DNA of 43,042 bases, from positions 1 through 43,042 of IMG/VR virus record IMGVR_UViG_3300009413_000016; one strand, 5' to 3'. This stretch comes from a virus. Of this stretch, positions 8,097 through 16,304 are shown piece after piece. The notes below the pieces were generated by a model that worked only from the letters and a program-made list of their open reading frames with translations, searched no databases and was not told the DNA's origin. Every line of letters starts with the position of its first letter. The stretch's first letter is position 1. A program made the translations under genes and the position numbers.

Positions 8097-9235
8097 TATT
8101 TTTTACCTCCTTTCCAGGCGTTACGATTACGCTCAATCATTTTCTGACGAGCATCGATTACAACATCTTTAGGACTATCGTCCTTGTTATGTTGCTGGTT
8201 TAATGCGTCAGTAACAGGGTTAGAAGCCGAACTGGTCGACACGAGAGCATCAAAGCGAGCACGAATATAATCGGCTGATACGCTTTCGATGTCAATATCA
8301 GGGCATGCATCGGCAATAACCTCTTTGCGGATTTGCTCACAATCTTTGTTAGTATATTGAAACTTCGGATTGATTTTCAGAGCGGCATCGCGTGTGGCAA
8401 TGCGATTACCGACCAAAGTGTCGAGCATTTCTGGAGTAGGAACTTTAGCTTTAGCGTCATCCAGTTTCGCTTGTAGCGAATCATTCTGCGCTTTGGCTTC
8501 TTTTTCCTTCTCTTCCATCTCGTCTTCTTTCTTTTTCAGCTCTTCTTCGGCGTCTTCCGCTTTCTTTTCCATGTCGTTGAGGCGCTGCTGCATCTTGGCT
8601 ACAGCTTGTGCCGCCTGGTCTGACATTTCAAAGTCGACGCCATCAATACTTACTAATTTACCCATAATAGGTTCCTCAGGTATTTTGGTTGGTGACTCAT
8701 CGGACACTTTACAAGCTGGGCCGCAGCGTCCATTATCGACTAGAGCAATATGATTGCCCCGTATATTTCTCTGGATGGCATCGTATGTATCACCCTCCGG
8801 AGTAACTCCTGATACCCACTCAATATCTGACTGGTATCCATTTGAAAGTTCTACTTTGCCTTGTTCGATTTTCTTGATAGCGTCGCTGGTAGTAACATAC
8901 AACATCGTTTTTGCGTATATGCCGTCGACGGTAACTTCGGGCCCAGAAAAACCGATTTGGTATTTTTTAGCATTGTCCGCATTTACTAATTCAGATGGAT
9001 GATTATCCGTCATAATTTTATTAGCAAATGAAGCAAGTGACTCATCAGAAAAGACTTCTTCTTTTGGGCGATATACCTTGATAATATCCATAGGATTGCG
9101 GTCTTCAAGACCCATTTCCATGGCTAAGTATTCCTGAATTCCGGTACGCGCTATTCTTGCGGGGACAATAAGGAAGCCTTCGTCAGTATATTTACGTTGG
9201 CTGTCAGTAAGGTTTATGCGGTCTTTGATGTACAT
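8096..9235 (-). CDS. capsid scaffolding protein (DUF2213-like), possibly with prohead protease function
   Basis: Motifs GFL..PARIARTGIQEY, ELSNGY and GNHIALV..GRCG, plus an acidic coiled coil (EEELKKKEDEMEEKEKE). Confidence 0.7.
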   Translation of the reverse strand: MYIKDRINLTDSQRKYTDEGFLIVPARIARTGIQEYLAMEMGLEDRNPMDIIKVYRPKEEVFSDESLASFANKIMTDNHPSELVNADNAKKYQIGFSGPEVTVDGIYAKTMLYVTTSDAIKKIEQGKVELSNGYQSDIEWVSGVTPEGDTYDAIQRNIRGNHIALVDNGRCGPACKVSDESPTKIPEEPIMGKLVSIDGVDFEMSDQAAQAVAKMQQRLNDMEKKAEDAEEELKKKEDEMEEKEKEAKAQNDSLQAKLDDAKAKVPTPEMLDTLVGNRIATRDAALKINPKFQYTNKDCEQIRKEVIADACPDIDIESVSADYIRARFDALVSTSSASNPVTDALNQQHNKDDSPKDVVIDARQKMIERNRNAWKGGKK

Positions 9236-9261
9236 AAAACTTCCTTGAAAAGATTAAAGAA

Positions 9262-9291
9262 ATTATAGTAAGTTGGTTACCAGATGTACAG
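9262..9291 (-). promoter_or_regulatory. promoter-like element CTGTACA-N17-TATAAT upstream of the scaffold gene
   Basis: Minus strand reads gcTGTACAtctggtaaccaacttacTATAAT. AAGGAAG and the ATG at 9235 follow. Confidence 0.45.
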
Positions 9292-10125
9292 CTATATTTG
9301 TATCACTGGCTGAGCTATACACCGGCAATTGATGTCTTCCCCAGGATGTCCAGTATCTTTTGGAGGAGAGTCCCATCTGAACGTTTTTCCGTTATTATCT
9401 TTATGTGATTGGCGAACGTTACCGTCATCCGCTGTTACCCAAACATACTCTTCTATGCCAAGATTCTGCTGTCGTTGTTGGTTGAAGGCTGAATTCAATT
9501 TTGATGTTTGGTCTCGTGCAATAGTGCGAGCTCTATTTTCAGAAACTTTATATGCCTTTCTTATTTCTGATATCAAAGAAGAGGCGTTATTTCCTGTAAC
9601 AGTTCCATTGTAAACGACGTTTTCTACCTTCTTGAGGAACTCTTCTGGAATAGAGCGAATCAAAGCTACATTATCTTGCGTCTTGGCAATCAAAATATCT
9701 TCAAGATTCTCATTTCGAACTATTGACTGCATATTAACGCCAATAGCAGACTCAATAGATTTATAGAATCGCTTCTTATTCTCGTTATCTACCCCTTTAA
9801 CGAACGTACTTGCGACAAATCTAGCCTCAACTCCAATATTGGCATAAGCAGAACGTATGACTGTGAAGGCTCTTTCCAATTCAGAAGCATAAGCGTCGTT
9901 CACATATTCAGCTTCATATTGCTTTAGAATTGGAATAATCTTATTATTGATATCAGCTTTAAGACTGTTCGTTAGGTTCAGAAGAGCTTTCCGGAATTGT
10001 ACTTCGTTCTTCTTCGGATTCTTCACTGGTCGAGCTTTCTTCTTCTTGTTCTTCTTCAGAGGATTCTTGCTCGCTGTTGAGTTCTGATTCAGGGTCAGAG
10101 TTAAAGGCTCCAGATAATCCGGCAT
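9292..10125 (-). CDS. head morphogenesis protein (SPP1 gp7 / Mu F family)
   Basis: C-terminal motif VRQSH...GHPGEDINCRCIAQP. The only canonical start is the ATG at 10125 (GAGGAA upstream), which gives a 167-nt overlap with the portal gene. Confidence 0.75.
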   Translation of the reverse strand: MPDYLEPLTLTLNQNSTASKNPLKKNKKKKARPVKNPKKNEVQFRKALLNLTNSLKADINNKIIPILKQYEAEYVNDAYASELERAFTVIRSAYANIGVEARFVASTFVKGVDNENKKRFYKSIESAIGVNMQSIVRNENLEDILIAKTQDNVALIRSIPEEFLKKVENVVYNGTVTGNNASSLISEIRKAYKVSENRARTIARDQTSKLNSAFNQQRQQNLGIEEYVWVTADDGNVRQSHKDNNGKTFRWDSPPKDTGHPGEDINCRCIAQPVIQI

Positions 10126-11452
10126 TTTCTTCTTCCTCTTCTAATTCTTCGATGTATTTATCGGTAATGTTCTGATAAGTGCCTTTGTCTTTAAGTTGCT
10201 TAGCAACCATGCTTGGCTTAATAACGCCTTGGTCCAAATATACTTGGTCACGAGCGGCATCACGATTGCTCATTTCAGATTCTTGTTGTTCTGTAAGCTG
10301 GAATAAAGAGTTAAATTCGTAAGTAAGAATAGTTTCATCTTCAATGCCAATGTTTTTTGCCATAATCTTATCGAACTTAGAAAGCTTAGGACCATATATA
10401 TTTACTTGGTCTGCACGAATTTTATCGTAATAATTCTTCTGTTCGCCTTCGCCTGTGGAATTTAGACCTTTAGGAGAATCGCCAAATAGGCGCGTAGCAG
10501 GAATATCGGATGCTCCAGAAAGAATCTGATTGAACGTACGGATTAAGTCTGGTAAACCTGAGAAAGTATTAGTCTTATTCTGGAAGTCTTCTTCAGAGTC
10601 CAGCAGGAGCATATTATTAAAGCTCTTAAGTGCTGATGCTAATGAAAAGCGTTTACGCAATAGCTTCTCACCTTCTTCTGATTCCAGATACCCCATTAAA
10701 CCGCGTATTTTAACAACATCGACTACAGCTTCATACACCATGCTGGCTGCGGAATTAGTACAAGTATTAAAGTTAGTAACAGCATCGTAAATTCGGTCAA
10801 GTACTGAATCTGCCCAATATCCATTTCTACGGAATTCATCAAATGGAAGCTTTATTCCATCGAATCGAATCACTCTGCTGTGATGTACTACGACGCTTGT
10901 TTCATTAAAACGATATTCAGTAGGATATCCGTAATTTTCTTTTAATGGATTATGCTGAACTTGGTCTCCGCGTTGGACGCGATGTCGGTCAACTACGGCG
11001 ATATGGCGTAAACTTCCTGGTTTGATAGAGTCAATGTCTAACTCTTCACGAGGGTCTTTGCCATCATCAACTGCGATTATAATAAAAGCTGTACCATACA
11101 ATCGAGCCCATTTATGCGCTTCGTTAAATGCCGCTTTTAAGTTTAATCTTTCTTCTTCTGCTTCAAGCTTTTCTCTCATTTCAGAAGTTAGGTCATCATG
11201 ATTAAAAGAACGCCATTCGCGAGTCATATCATCTGGAATAATGTCAACAATTTTACCAGACACCCAATCCGTGCGATACATAGCATTGAGTTCGTCTTGA
11301 GCGCCATCTTGAGATAGTCGCTTATTATTGACAAATGTACTATGCGCTCGTTTATCTGTCTCAGTACCTAAATTCGCAAGTAAGTTTTCAAGACCATCTT
11401 TTGTCATTCCTAAAACTTTCTCATCGATGATTTCTGCTTCTGTTTGGCTCAT
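9959..11452 (-). CDS. portal protein
   Basis: 497 aa, immediately downstream of the large terminase. Resembles the DUF1073-type portal (recollection). Has an acidic Ser/Glu-rich C-terminal tail. Confidence 0.8.
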   Translation of the reverse strand: MSQTEAEIIDEKVLGMTKDGLENLLANLGTETDKRAHSTFVNNKRLSQDGAQDELNAMYRTDWVSGKIVDIIPDDMTREWRSFNHDDLTSEMREKLEAEEERLNLKAAFNEAHKWARLYGTAFIIIAVDDGKDPREELDIDSIKPGSLRHIAVVDRHRVQRGDQVQHNPLKENYGYPTEYRFNETSVVVHHSRVIRFDGIKLPFDEFRRNGYWADSVLDRIYDAVTNFNTCTNSAASMVYEAVVDVVKIRGLMGYLESEEGEKLLRKRFSLASALKSFNNMLLLDSEEDFQNKTNTFSGLPDLIRTFNQILSGASDIPATRLFGDSPKGLNSTGEGEQKNYYDKIRADQVNIYGPKLSKFDKIMAKNIGIEDETILTYEFNSLFQLTEQQESEMSNRDAARDQVYLDQGVIKPSMVAKQLKDKGTYQNITDKYIEELEEEEENAGLSGAFNSDPESELNSEQESSEEEQEEESSTSEESEEERSTIPESSSEPNEQS

Positions 11453-11500
11453 TATGGCGTTCCTACAATTTTATCAAAATAAATTCTCTATTATCCCAGC

Positions 11501-12997
11501 TTAAGATAATGCGTTTTCAGTGATACCTAATTCGGCATTTACGAGTAAATCTTCAATAGCATCCATAGTTGGGTCAATCTGGTCGTCATGTGCGTGGGTC
11601 ATTAATGGCGTAAACCCTCTGAATTCCTCTTTGTAGTCACTTAACCACGGAGCTTCTGCTGGTAGATGAACATGGCCTGCAGCTATATGAGGAATACAGT
11701 TAAAAGCTCTTTCTACTTTATCTCTGTTTCTCTGGATGTCTTCTACAGGGATAGTCGTTTTAGAATTGATTGTCTGAATAAGAGAAGTACCGCTTGACTT
11801 ATCTTCTATCTTGGCACATTGCACAGGGCGATTATTTGGATGATTCGTGTATCGGTGCTTATTCCAGAAATCTTTGAAATTACGCTCTAATTCTGGAGCT
11901 TCCCATTTACCTCTTAATTGGTCAATAAGATAGATACCTCCTGAACGACTCCATCCCCAACATTGAAATACTGAATAATCGTTATGCTCTTTGGTCTTGG
12001 CCGCAGTATCAGCGTAAATCCGCTTAATGACAATATCGTTAGGCAGCACAGTCCAGTATTTCCACCATTTATCTTTGAACATGCCTCCTCCGATAGGAGC
12101 AGGAATCTGGTGATACTGAGACGCTGTATTATACGGGTCAACTTGAGCCATTACCTCAAGCTGCTCTTTAGAATGCTTCATTTCCCACAGTACGTCGCCA
12201 TCAATTTCGTACTTGATTGGAATACCGTGTGTATATTTCTTAGGATACCATTTCTCTATTGGTCCTTCAGGTATAGGTGTAGGTAATAAGAGATGATGCC
12301 ATTTCTCGCCTGAACCGCCTTTTAGCAAGAATCCAGATGGGTCATCCTCGTGAACCCTCTGCATGATGACAATCATCGGGACAGATTCTAATGCTAGACG
12401 TGACTTGAAGGTAGATGTGAAGCGACGGTTAATCCTATTTCGCGTAGCGTCCGACAACGCGTCCTCTGGTTTAATTGGGTCATCAACGATAAATGCCCCA
12501 GTGAATCCTGATTCCATTCGGCCAGCTCGGAATCCGGTAACTGGACCGCCCGATGATGTAGCATAAACACCGCCGCCTTCTTTCGTGAACCAACGTTTCT
12601 TCGCCGATGTATCAATTCTTATTTCTCGTGGCCATAATTCTTGATACTCGTCTGATTCGACGATGTCACGACTCATCTGAGAATTCAGCAATGCTAAGTC
12701 GTCAGAGTAAGAAAGATGCATGAATTTGGCTTTAGGATTGATTGCCAGACCTCTAGCCATAAATGAAATAACGGCTAGTTCTGTCTTGGTATAACCGGGA
12801 GGTACGTTAATAATGAGCCGATTTATTTCACCGCTGATAACTCGGTCTAATGCATCACAGATTATTCTGTGGTGTTCGTTTACTATTAATTTTACGCCTT
12901 CTCTATGTTTGAAGAAATAGCGTGAGAAGTGAAGATGGGATTCATCAAATACGTATTTTAACGCATTGAGGTTATTTAGGTTATCAGCAATACTCAT
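11501..12997 (-). CDS. terL: terminase large subunit
   Basis: 498 aa. Walker A-like PPGYTKT, Walker B-like AFIVDDP, C-terminal nuclease-like region (IYADTA...HDD). Confidence 0.85.
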   Translation of the reverse strand: MSIADNLNNLNALKYVFDESHLHFSRYFFKHREGVKLIVNEHHRIICDALDRVISGEINRLIINVPPGYTKTELAVISFMARGLAINPKAKFMHLSYSDDLALLNSQMSRDIVESDEYQELWPREIRIDTSAKKRWFTKEGGGVYATSSGGPVTGFRAGRMESGFTGAFIVDDPIKPEDALSDATRNRINRRFTSTFKSRLALESVPMIVIMQRVHEDDPSGFLLKGGSGEKWHHLLLPTPIPEGPIEKWYPKKYTHGIPIKYEIDGDVLWEMKHSKEQLEVMAQVDPYNTASQYHQIPAPIGGGMFKDKWWKYWTVLPNDIVIKRIYADTAAKTKEHNDYSVFQCWGWSRSGGIYLIDQLRGKWEAPELERNFKDFWNKHRYTNHPNNRPVQCAKIEDKSSGTSLIQTINSKTTIPVEDIQRNRDKVERAFNCIPHIAAGHVHLPAEAPWLSDYKEEFRGFTPLMTHAHDDQIDPTMDAIEDLLVNAELGITENALS

Positions 12998-12999
12998 AG

Positions 13000-13392
13000 T
13001 CAGTAATCAAGGTCAAATTCCTTTCTTAAACGCTTTATCTCTAATCTTGATAATTTGCCGGTTACTTCGGCTTTACCCTTCTGAGAGACTTCTATTGCTT
13101 TGCGTTTCGGATGCATGTATTCCATCAGTTGCTTAGCAGCGTCTTGGCTTTTACCAATTTCTACTATTGAGCCCCTGTACTCGGCTTTTATAAGGTCAAT
13201 TAGCTCTTGCCAATCCCAGTCATCCGGCGCAGCTCCTTCATATTCTTCTTCCAGAGCTAAGACTTTTAAGTAAACTTGCGAGACTCTGCGTGGGTCTGTA
13301 CCACCCATAATCTGCGTTAAAAACTCTACCGGGCTTGGGATTTTCAGCTTGTCACATAGTGCCTTAACTTGTGATTCTGCGTTTATATCCAT
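13000..13392 (-). CDS. putative terminase small subunit
   Basis: 130 aa, directly upstream of terL. Assigned by position and size only; no Shine-Dalgarno sequence before the ATG. Confidence 0.5.
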   Translation of the reverse strand: MDINAESQVKALCDKLKIPSPVEFLTQIMGGTDPRRVSQVYLKVLALEEEYEGAAPDDWDWQELIDLIKAEYRGSIVEIGKSQDAAKQLMEYMHPKRKAIEVSQKGKAEVTGKLSRLEIKRLRKEFDLDY

Positions 13393-13430
13393 AGAGTATT
13401 ATACTAGATTAGATTATTTGATTTGTATAT

Positions 13431-13468
13431 AAAAAATCTCTTGACCAGAACAGGCTCCAGCCAAGAGA
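13431..13468 (-). terminator. putative intrinsic terminator downstream of the 242-aa repeat protein gene
   Basis: 7-bp stem tctcttg/caagaga (13437-13443 with 13462-13468), followed on the minus strand by a T6 run (13431-13436). The loop is long (18 nt). Confidence 0.4.
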
Positions 13469-13569
13469 TAAAGGGAACGTCCATGATTTGCAAGCGAGGA
13501 TATAAAGAGCACGCGTGCACGTACGTTATATATCAGAGATTAAATTATGGGAAATACTATTTTCCAAAG

Positions 13570-14298
13570 TTACAATCTGCCAATTGTCCAATACTTTCTT
13601 AACCGAATTTGTTCTTTTAGCATTTCCGTTAATTCATCAATATATAAATCGACATCATCGTCATATTCACCATCATACATATCATTGAACAATTTTACCT
13701 GAGACATGTTAGTATTTATAGAAGCTAACTTTTCTTGGATATATCTTTTTCTTATCAATGATGCCAATTCAAACATGACTTTTCTTTTTGGAAATACTCT
13801 ATATTGCGTTATTTGCATTTTAAGAAGTTCACCAGGTTTTAATCCTTTAACCGGATTTCTTTTAACTTTAATTCTATCTGTGTCAATATTCAATTTACCA
13901 AGTTCTAGCTTTTGTTCTGGTTGAGGTTCGCAAAAATGATTCATATTAATTTCACCATCTATAAAAGGCTCATTATATTTAATATACACTTTTGTTTTTT
14001 TATACACAGAAGGGTCTATCCGCCAATAGCTTCTTTGTTTGATTCCTATTTTTACCATTGCGGCCAATTCATCCATATATAAGTCTACATGGTTATCATA
14101 CTCTCCATTATTTATTCTTTGGTAAATACGTATTTGTGTTATTGTCTTATAAACTGTATGTAAGACTTCTTGCAAATAACGTTTTCTTAAAGCGTTTACT
14201 ATTTCTCTAGTTACCTTTTCACGGGGAAACTCGTCTTCCCACGGCTCTAATTTCATTTTCATCCGGTTTAAACATACTAAGCTGGGGTCATTTTTCAT
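13570..14298 (-). CDS. protein of unknown function with an internal ~70-aa duplication
   Basis: ORF track 13570-14313 uses a TTG start. The ATG at 14298 with GGAG at 14308-14311 is preferred. The two repeats share K.Y.QE, GEYD..VDLY.DEL and R.YW. Confidence 0.7.
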   Translation of the reverse strand: MKNDPSLVCLNRMKMKLEPWEDEFPREKVTREIVNALRKRYLQEVLHTVYKTITQIRIYQRINNGEYDNHVDLYMDELAAMVKIGIKQRSYWRIDPSVYKKTKVYIKYNEPFIDGEINMNHFCEPQPEQKLELGKLNIDTDRIKVKRNPVKGLKPGELLKMQITQYRVFPKRKVMFELASLIRKRYIQEKLASINTNMSQVKLFNDMYDGEYDDDVDLYIDELTEMLKEQIRLRKYWTIGRL

Positions 14299-14409
14299 TT
14301 TCTTAATCTCCAATTAATACTTTTACCATTATAAACTAAAGCACAAAATTCTTAAAATTATTGCTCCCAAAATTAAAGATGTATTAGTGCAGATAATTTT
14401 AATGCCGAC

Positions 14410-14438
14410 TTGTACCACTTAACTTATTGTTTTATATA
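14410..14438 (+). promoter_or_regulatory. promoter-like element TTGTAC-N17-TATATA inside the left arm of the inverted repeat, pointing rightward
   Basis: TTGTAC at 14410-14415, 17-nt spacer, TATATA at 14433-14438. Same -35-like pentamer as the other phage promoters. Confidence 0.4.
14413..14437. repeat. left arm of a 25-bp perfect inverted repeat (taccacttaacttattgttttatat)
   Basis: Exact reverse complement of 14599-14623. Confidence 0.95.
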
Positions 14439-14507
14439 CTAGAAGCATAAGTTTCAAATTAGGTTCACAACGTTTCTCCGTCCTTATATATAAAATATAA
14501 TTCACTA

Positions 14508-14527
14508 TACTGTATAAATATACAGTA
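14508..14527. promoter_or_regulatory. LexA (SOS) box-like palindrome TACTGTATAAATATACAGTA
   Basis: Matches the gammaproteobacterial consensus TACTG(TA)5CAGTA at 19 of 20 positions. It sits within 1 bp of the centre of the 25-bp inverted repeat pair. Confidence 0.6.
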
Positions 14528-14598
14528 CTAAGTGTGTTTTTTATTTTCTTAAAGATTTTATATAGTTAAGAACTTAAGAAAAAGAATAGAATAATAGG

Positions 14599-14623
14599 AT
14601 ATAAAACAATAAGTTAAGTGGTA
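14599..14623. repeat. right arm of the 25-bp perfect inverted repeat; on the minus strand it reads TTGTAT-N19-TATATC, pointing leftward
   Basis: Exact reverse complement of 14413-14437. A 2-nt insertion (ta) just outside the arm alters the promoter-like spacing. Confidence 0.9.
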
Positions 14624-14712
14624 TACAACGTAAAATTAAATTCTCAACGCGGGCCCCTGCTCTTATTCTTTTACCAAAATTAAAACAAATGGCAAAATAA
14701 ATGCATGTTTTA

Positions 14713-14759
14713 GTGTACATCACCAAAGAAGAAGATATAATAGTACCATCATCGAGCAA
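14713..14759 (+). promoter_or_regulatory. early promoter P1: GTGTAC-N17-TATAAT plus conserved leader AGTACCATCATCGAGCAA
   Basis: -35-like 14713-14718, -10 at 14736-14741. A 24-nt stretch (tataatagtaccatcatcgagcaa) is identical to 29991-30014. Confidence 0.65.
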
Positions 14760-14790
14760 CAACGCTTGAACTTAAATAAGGAACTTCGAA

Positions 14791-14964
14791 ATGACTAACT
14801 TAGAAAATGCTAGAAATGAAATCGTTACAATTTTAAAAAATGAAGGAAGAATCGAACTTGCTAACCATGTAAAAGCTAAAAATGAGGATACTCTTATCGT
14901 TGAGCATTTAGAGTATGCTGAACCTCATGAAATCGCTTATACTCTCATCTCTGTTTCTAATTAA
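14791..14964 (+). CDS. 57-aa early protein, unknown function (not in the ORF track, under 60 aa)
   Basis: ATG at 14791 preceded by AAGGAA. Hand translation gives MTNLENARNEIVTILKNEG...SVSN. Flanked by P1 and a terminator. Confidence 0.65.
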   Translation: MTNLENARNEIVTILKNEGRIELANHVKAKNEDTLIVEHLEYAEPHEIAYTLISVSN

Positions 14965-14983
14965 GAGCCTTCGGGCTCTTTCC
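14964..14983 (+). terminator. intrinsic terminator AGAGCC-TTCG-GGCTCT
   Basis: 6-bp GC-rich stem with a TTCG tetraloop, followed by TTTCC. The same hairpin recurs at 18316 and 30336. Confidence 0.6.
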
Positions 14984-15019
14984 TAACATGCATAAATACA
15001 CACATAGGAAACTACTAAA

Positions 15020-15310
15020 ATGCATACCACCGTCATTGCTAAATCTTCAACCTGCCCTAAAACACTCGTACACTACGAAATTCGTAGATTTCAAAGTATA
15101 GAATATTTTGTAGATACTTACCGACACGGCGCTTTCATTGATACCATATTCTGCGAGAGATTAGAAGAAGCTCTTGAAGCCTTCCACCACATCCGCGGAG
15201 ACTTGCCAATTTCGTATCATCTGCCCGGCGTCTTTGATAAATATAGATGCCACGCTAACTCGTCACAAAGTATAATAGATAAACAGTCTCAAATCCGTCC
15301 TCTTCCATAA
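15020..15310 (+). CDS. early protein, unknown function (96 aa)
   Basis: ORF track; AGGAA 9 nt upstream. Confidence 0.6.
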   Translation: MHTTVIAKSSTCPKTLVHYEIRRFQSIEYFVDTYRHGAFIDTIFCERLEEALEAFHHIRGDLPISYHLPGVFDKYRCHANSSQSIIDKQSQIRPLP

Positions 15311-15324
15311 AGGAGTAAATAAGT

Positions 15325-15555
15325 ATGTCTATGCTTATAACTAAGCTACGTGCGCTAGGATTCCACGTGAATGAGCACGAAACAAAAGCTACTGTATACA
15401 AACATGGCGATTATATTCTTTCTTTATCGCGTTATACCAAAAACGATAATTGGAAGTTTTCAGGAGGCTATAGCCTCGATAGGCATATCATAATGATAGC
15501 TGAACGAATTGCATATAATTGGAAAGTCCGAAGAATCTATTTGTGGAGTAAATGA
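15325..15555 (+). CDS. early protein, unknown function (76 aa)
   Basis: ORF track; AAAGGAG upstream. Confidence 0.65.
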   Translation: MSMLITKLRALGFHVNEHETKATVYKHGDYILSLSRYTKNDNWKFSGGYSLDRHIIMIAERIAYNWKVRRIYLWSK

Positions 15556-15558
15556 GAA

Positions 15559-16098
15559 ATGAACAAGATTAAAATCACTTCCAAAGAAACAACCGTATCT
15601 AAATTGATAGATGCCTCCCGTTGGGAAATCTTTCTTTATTTAATCACAAATGGCCGTAAAGGCCGACTGTATCGTATGGTCGAATATCCGGCCAAGATAT
15701 GGCAAACTCCAAGTCATATTAACTGCAGATGCGCAACAACTATGTCTCCTGAACGGTTCAAACGGGAATATTTTGGCGATTTTAAATCGGAGAATCCGAA
15801 TGAATGGACGCACAAAACTAAAAGTGGGTACAGATGTAAAATAGTAGTGCCTGAACCAGATGTTAATGGCATCATTATTGTAATAAATGAACGAGGTGAG
15901 TATATGCGCCATTTTGCTGGTTCCCTGAAAGTGAATCCAAGTGAATCAGAAATACAGGAATTTGCATCGGCTCTAACAAGGCACCCTAACGACCTAGATA
16001 ATATAGCGGAAATATACGCTATATGCCGTAAACCAAATGAATCATGCGAAGAACTTAAAAAGCGCATTAATGCCGCTATAAAAGGAGTAAATAAGTAA
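15559..16098 (+). CDS. early protein, unknown function (179 aa)
   Basis: ORF track; GGAG upstream. Contains H-I-N-C-R-C, the same short motif found in the MuF-like protein. Confidence 0.65.
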   Translation: MNKIKITSKETTVSKLIDASRWEIFLYLITNGRKGRLYRMVEYPAKIWQTPSHINCRCATTMSPERFKREYFGDFKSENPNEWTHKTKSGYRCKIVVPEPDVNGIIIVINERGEYMRHFAGSLKVNPSESEIQEFASALTRHPNDLDNIAEIYAICRKPNESCEELKKRINAAIKGVNK

Positions 16099-16292
16099 TG
16101 TGGACAAAAGAAAAACCAACTAAGCCTGGACTGTACGCATGGCGTCATAACAGTAAAGTACATCGCGAACTTGCACAAGTTTCGACACGCGCAGGAATCC
16201 TAGTTGTGTACTTCACTCACGACTCTCTTAACAGTCAAGAGTTCGTACTCAGTAAAGTTCAAGGCCGTGAATGGCTCAGAATTCCGGAGTAA
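16098..16292 (+). CDS. early protein, unknown function (64 aa)
   Basis: ORF track; AAAGGAG upstream; TAATG overlap with the previous gene. Confidence 0.6.
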   Translation: MWTKEKPTKPGLYAWRHNSKVHRELAQVSTRAGILVVYFTHDSLNSQEFVLSKVQGREWLRIPE

Positions 16293-16304
16293 TCGAGATT
16301 CCTA

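Noticed and set aside
13393-13569. Possible tRNA or small RNA gene in the 177-bp gap between the terminase small subunit gene and the repeat-protein gene.
   Set aside because: No cloverleaf-compatible arms or T-loop (GTTCRAnnC) are visible. The gap is better explained by a terminator hairpin plus a TATAAT element for the late genes.
14574-14762. 62-aa minus-strand ORF in the AT-rich control region.
   Set aside because: It overlaps promoter P1 and the right inverted-repeat arm, has no RBS, and its hydrophobic, Ile/Leu/Phe-rich product is what AT-rich non-coding DNA yields by chance.
14299-14790. A lysogeny module (integrase, CI/Cro-like repressors, excisionase) that would explain the LexA box.
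   Set aside because: No ORF in the window shows integrase or recombinase motifs or an obvious HTH repressor. Temperate status is not supported, which is why the SOS box is reported as an anomaly.
15307-15327. The 16-nt identity aaaggagtaaataagta upstream of two genes (15309-15324 and 16081-16096).
   Set aside because: It consists of a stop codon context plus a strong RBS and spacer. It is most simply a reused translation-initiation context rather than a separate element.
15700-15735. The H-I-N-C-R-C motif in the 179-aa early protein resembling the D-I-N-C-R-C of the MuF-like head protein (9292-10125), as evidence of homology or a shared ADP-ribosyltransferase-type function.
   Set aside because: Only a six-residue match is visible and the surrounding sequences do not align by eye. 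That is too little to claim a relationship.
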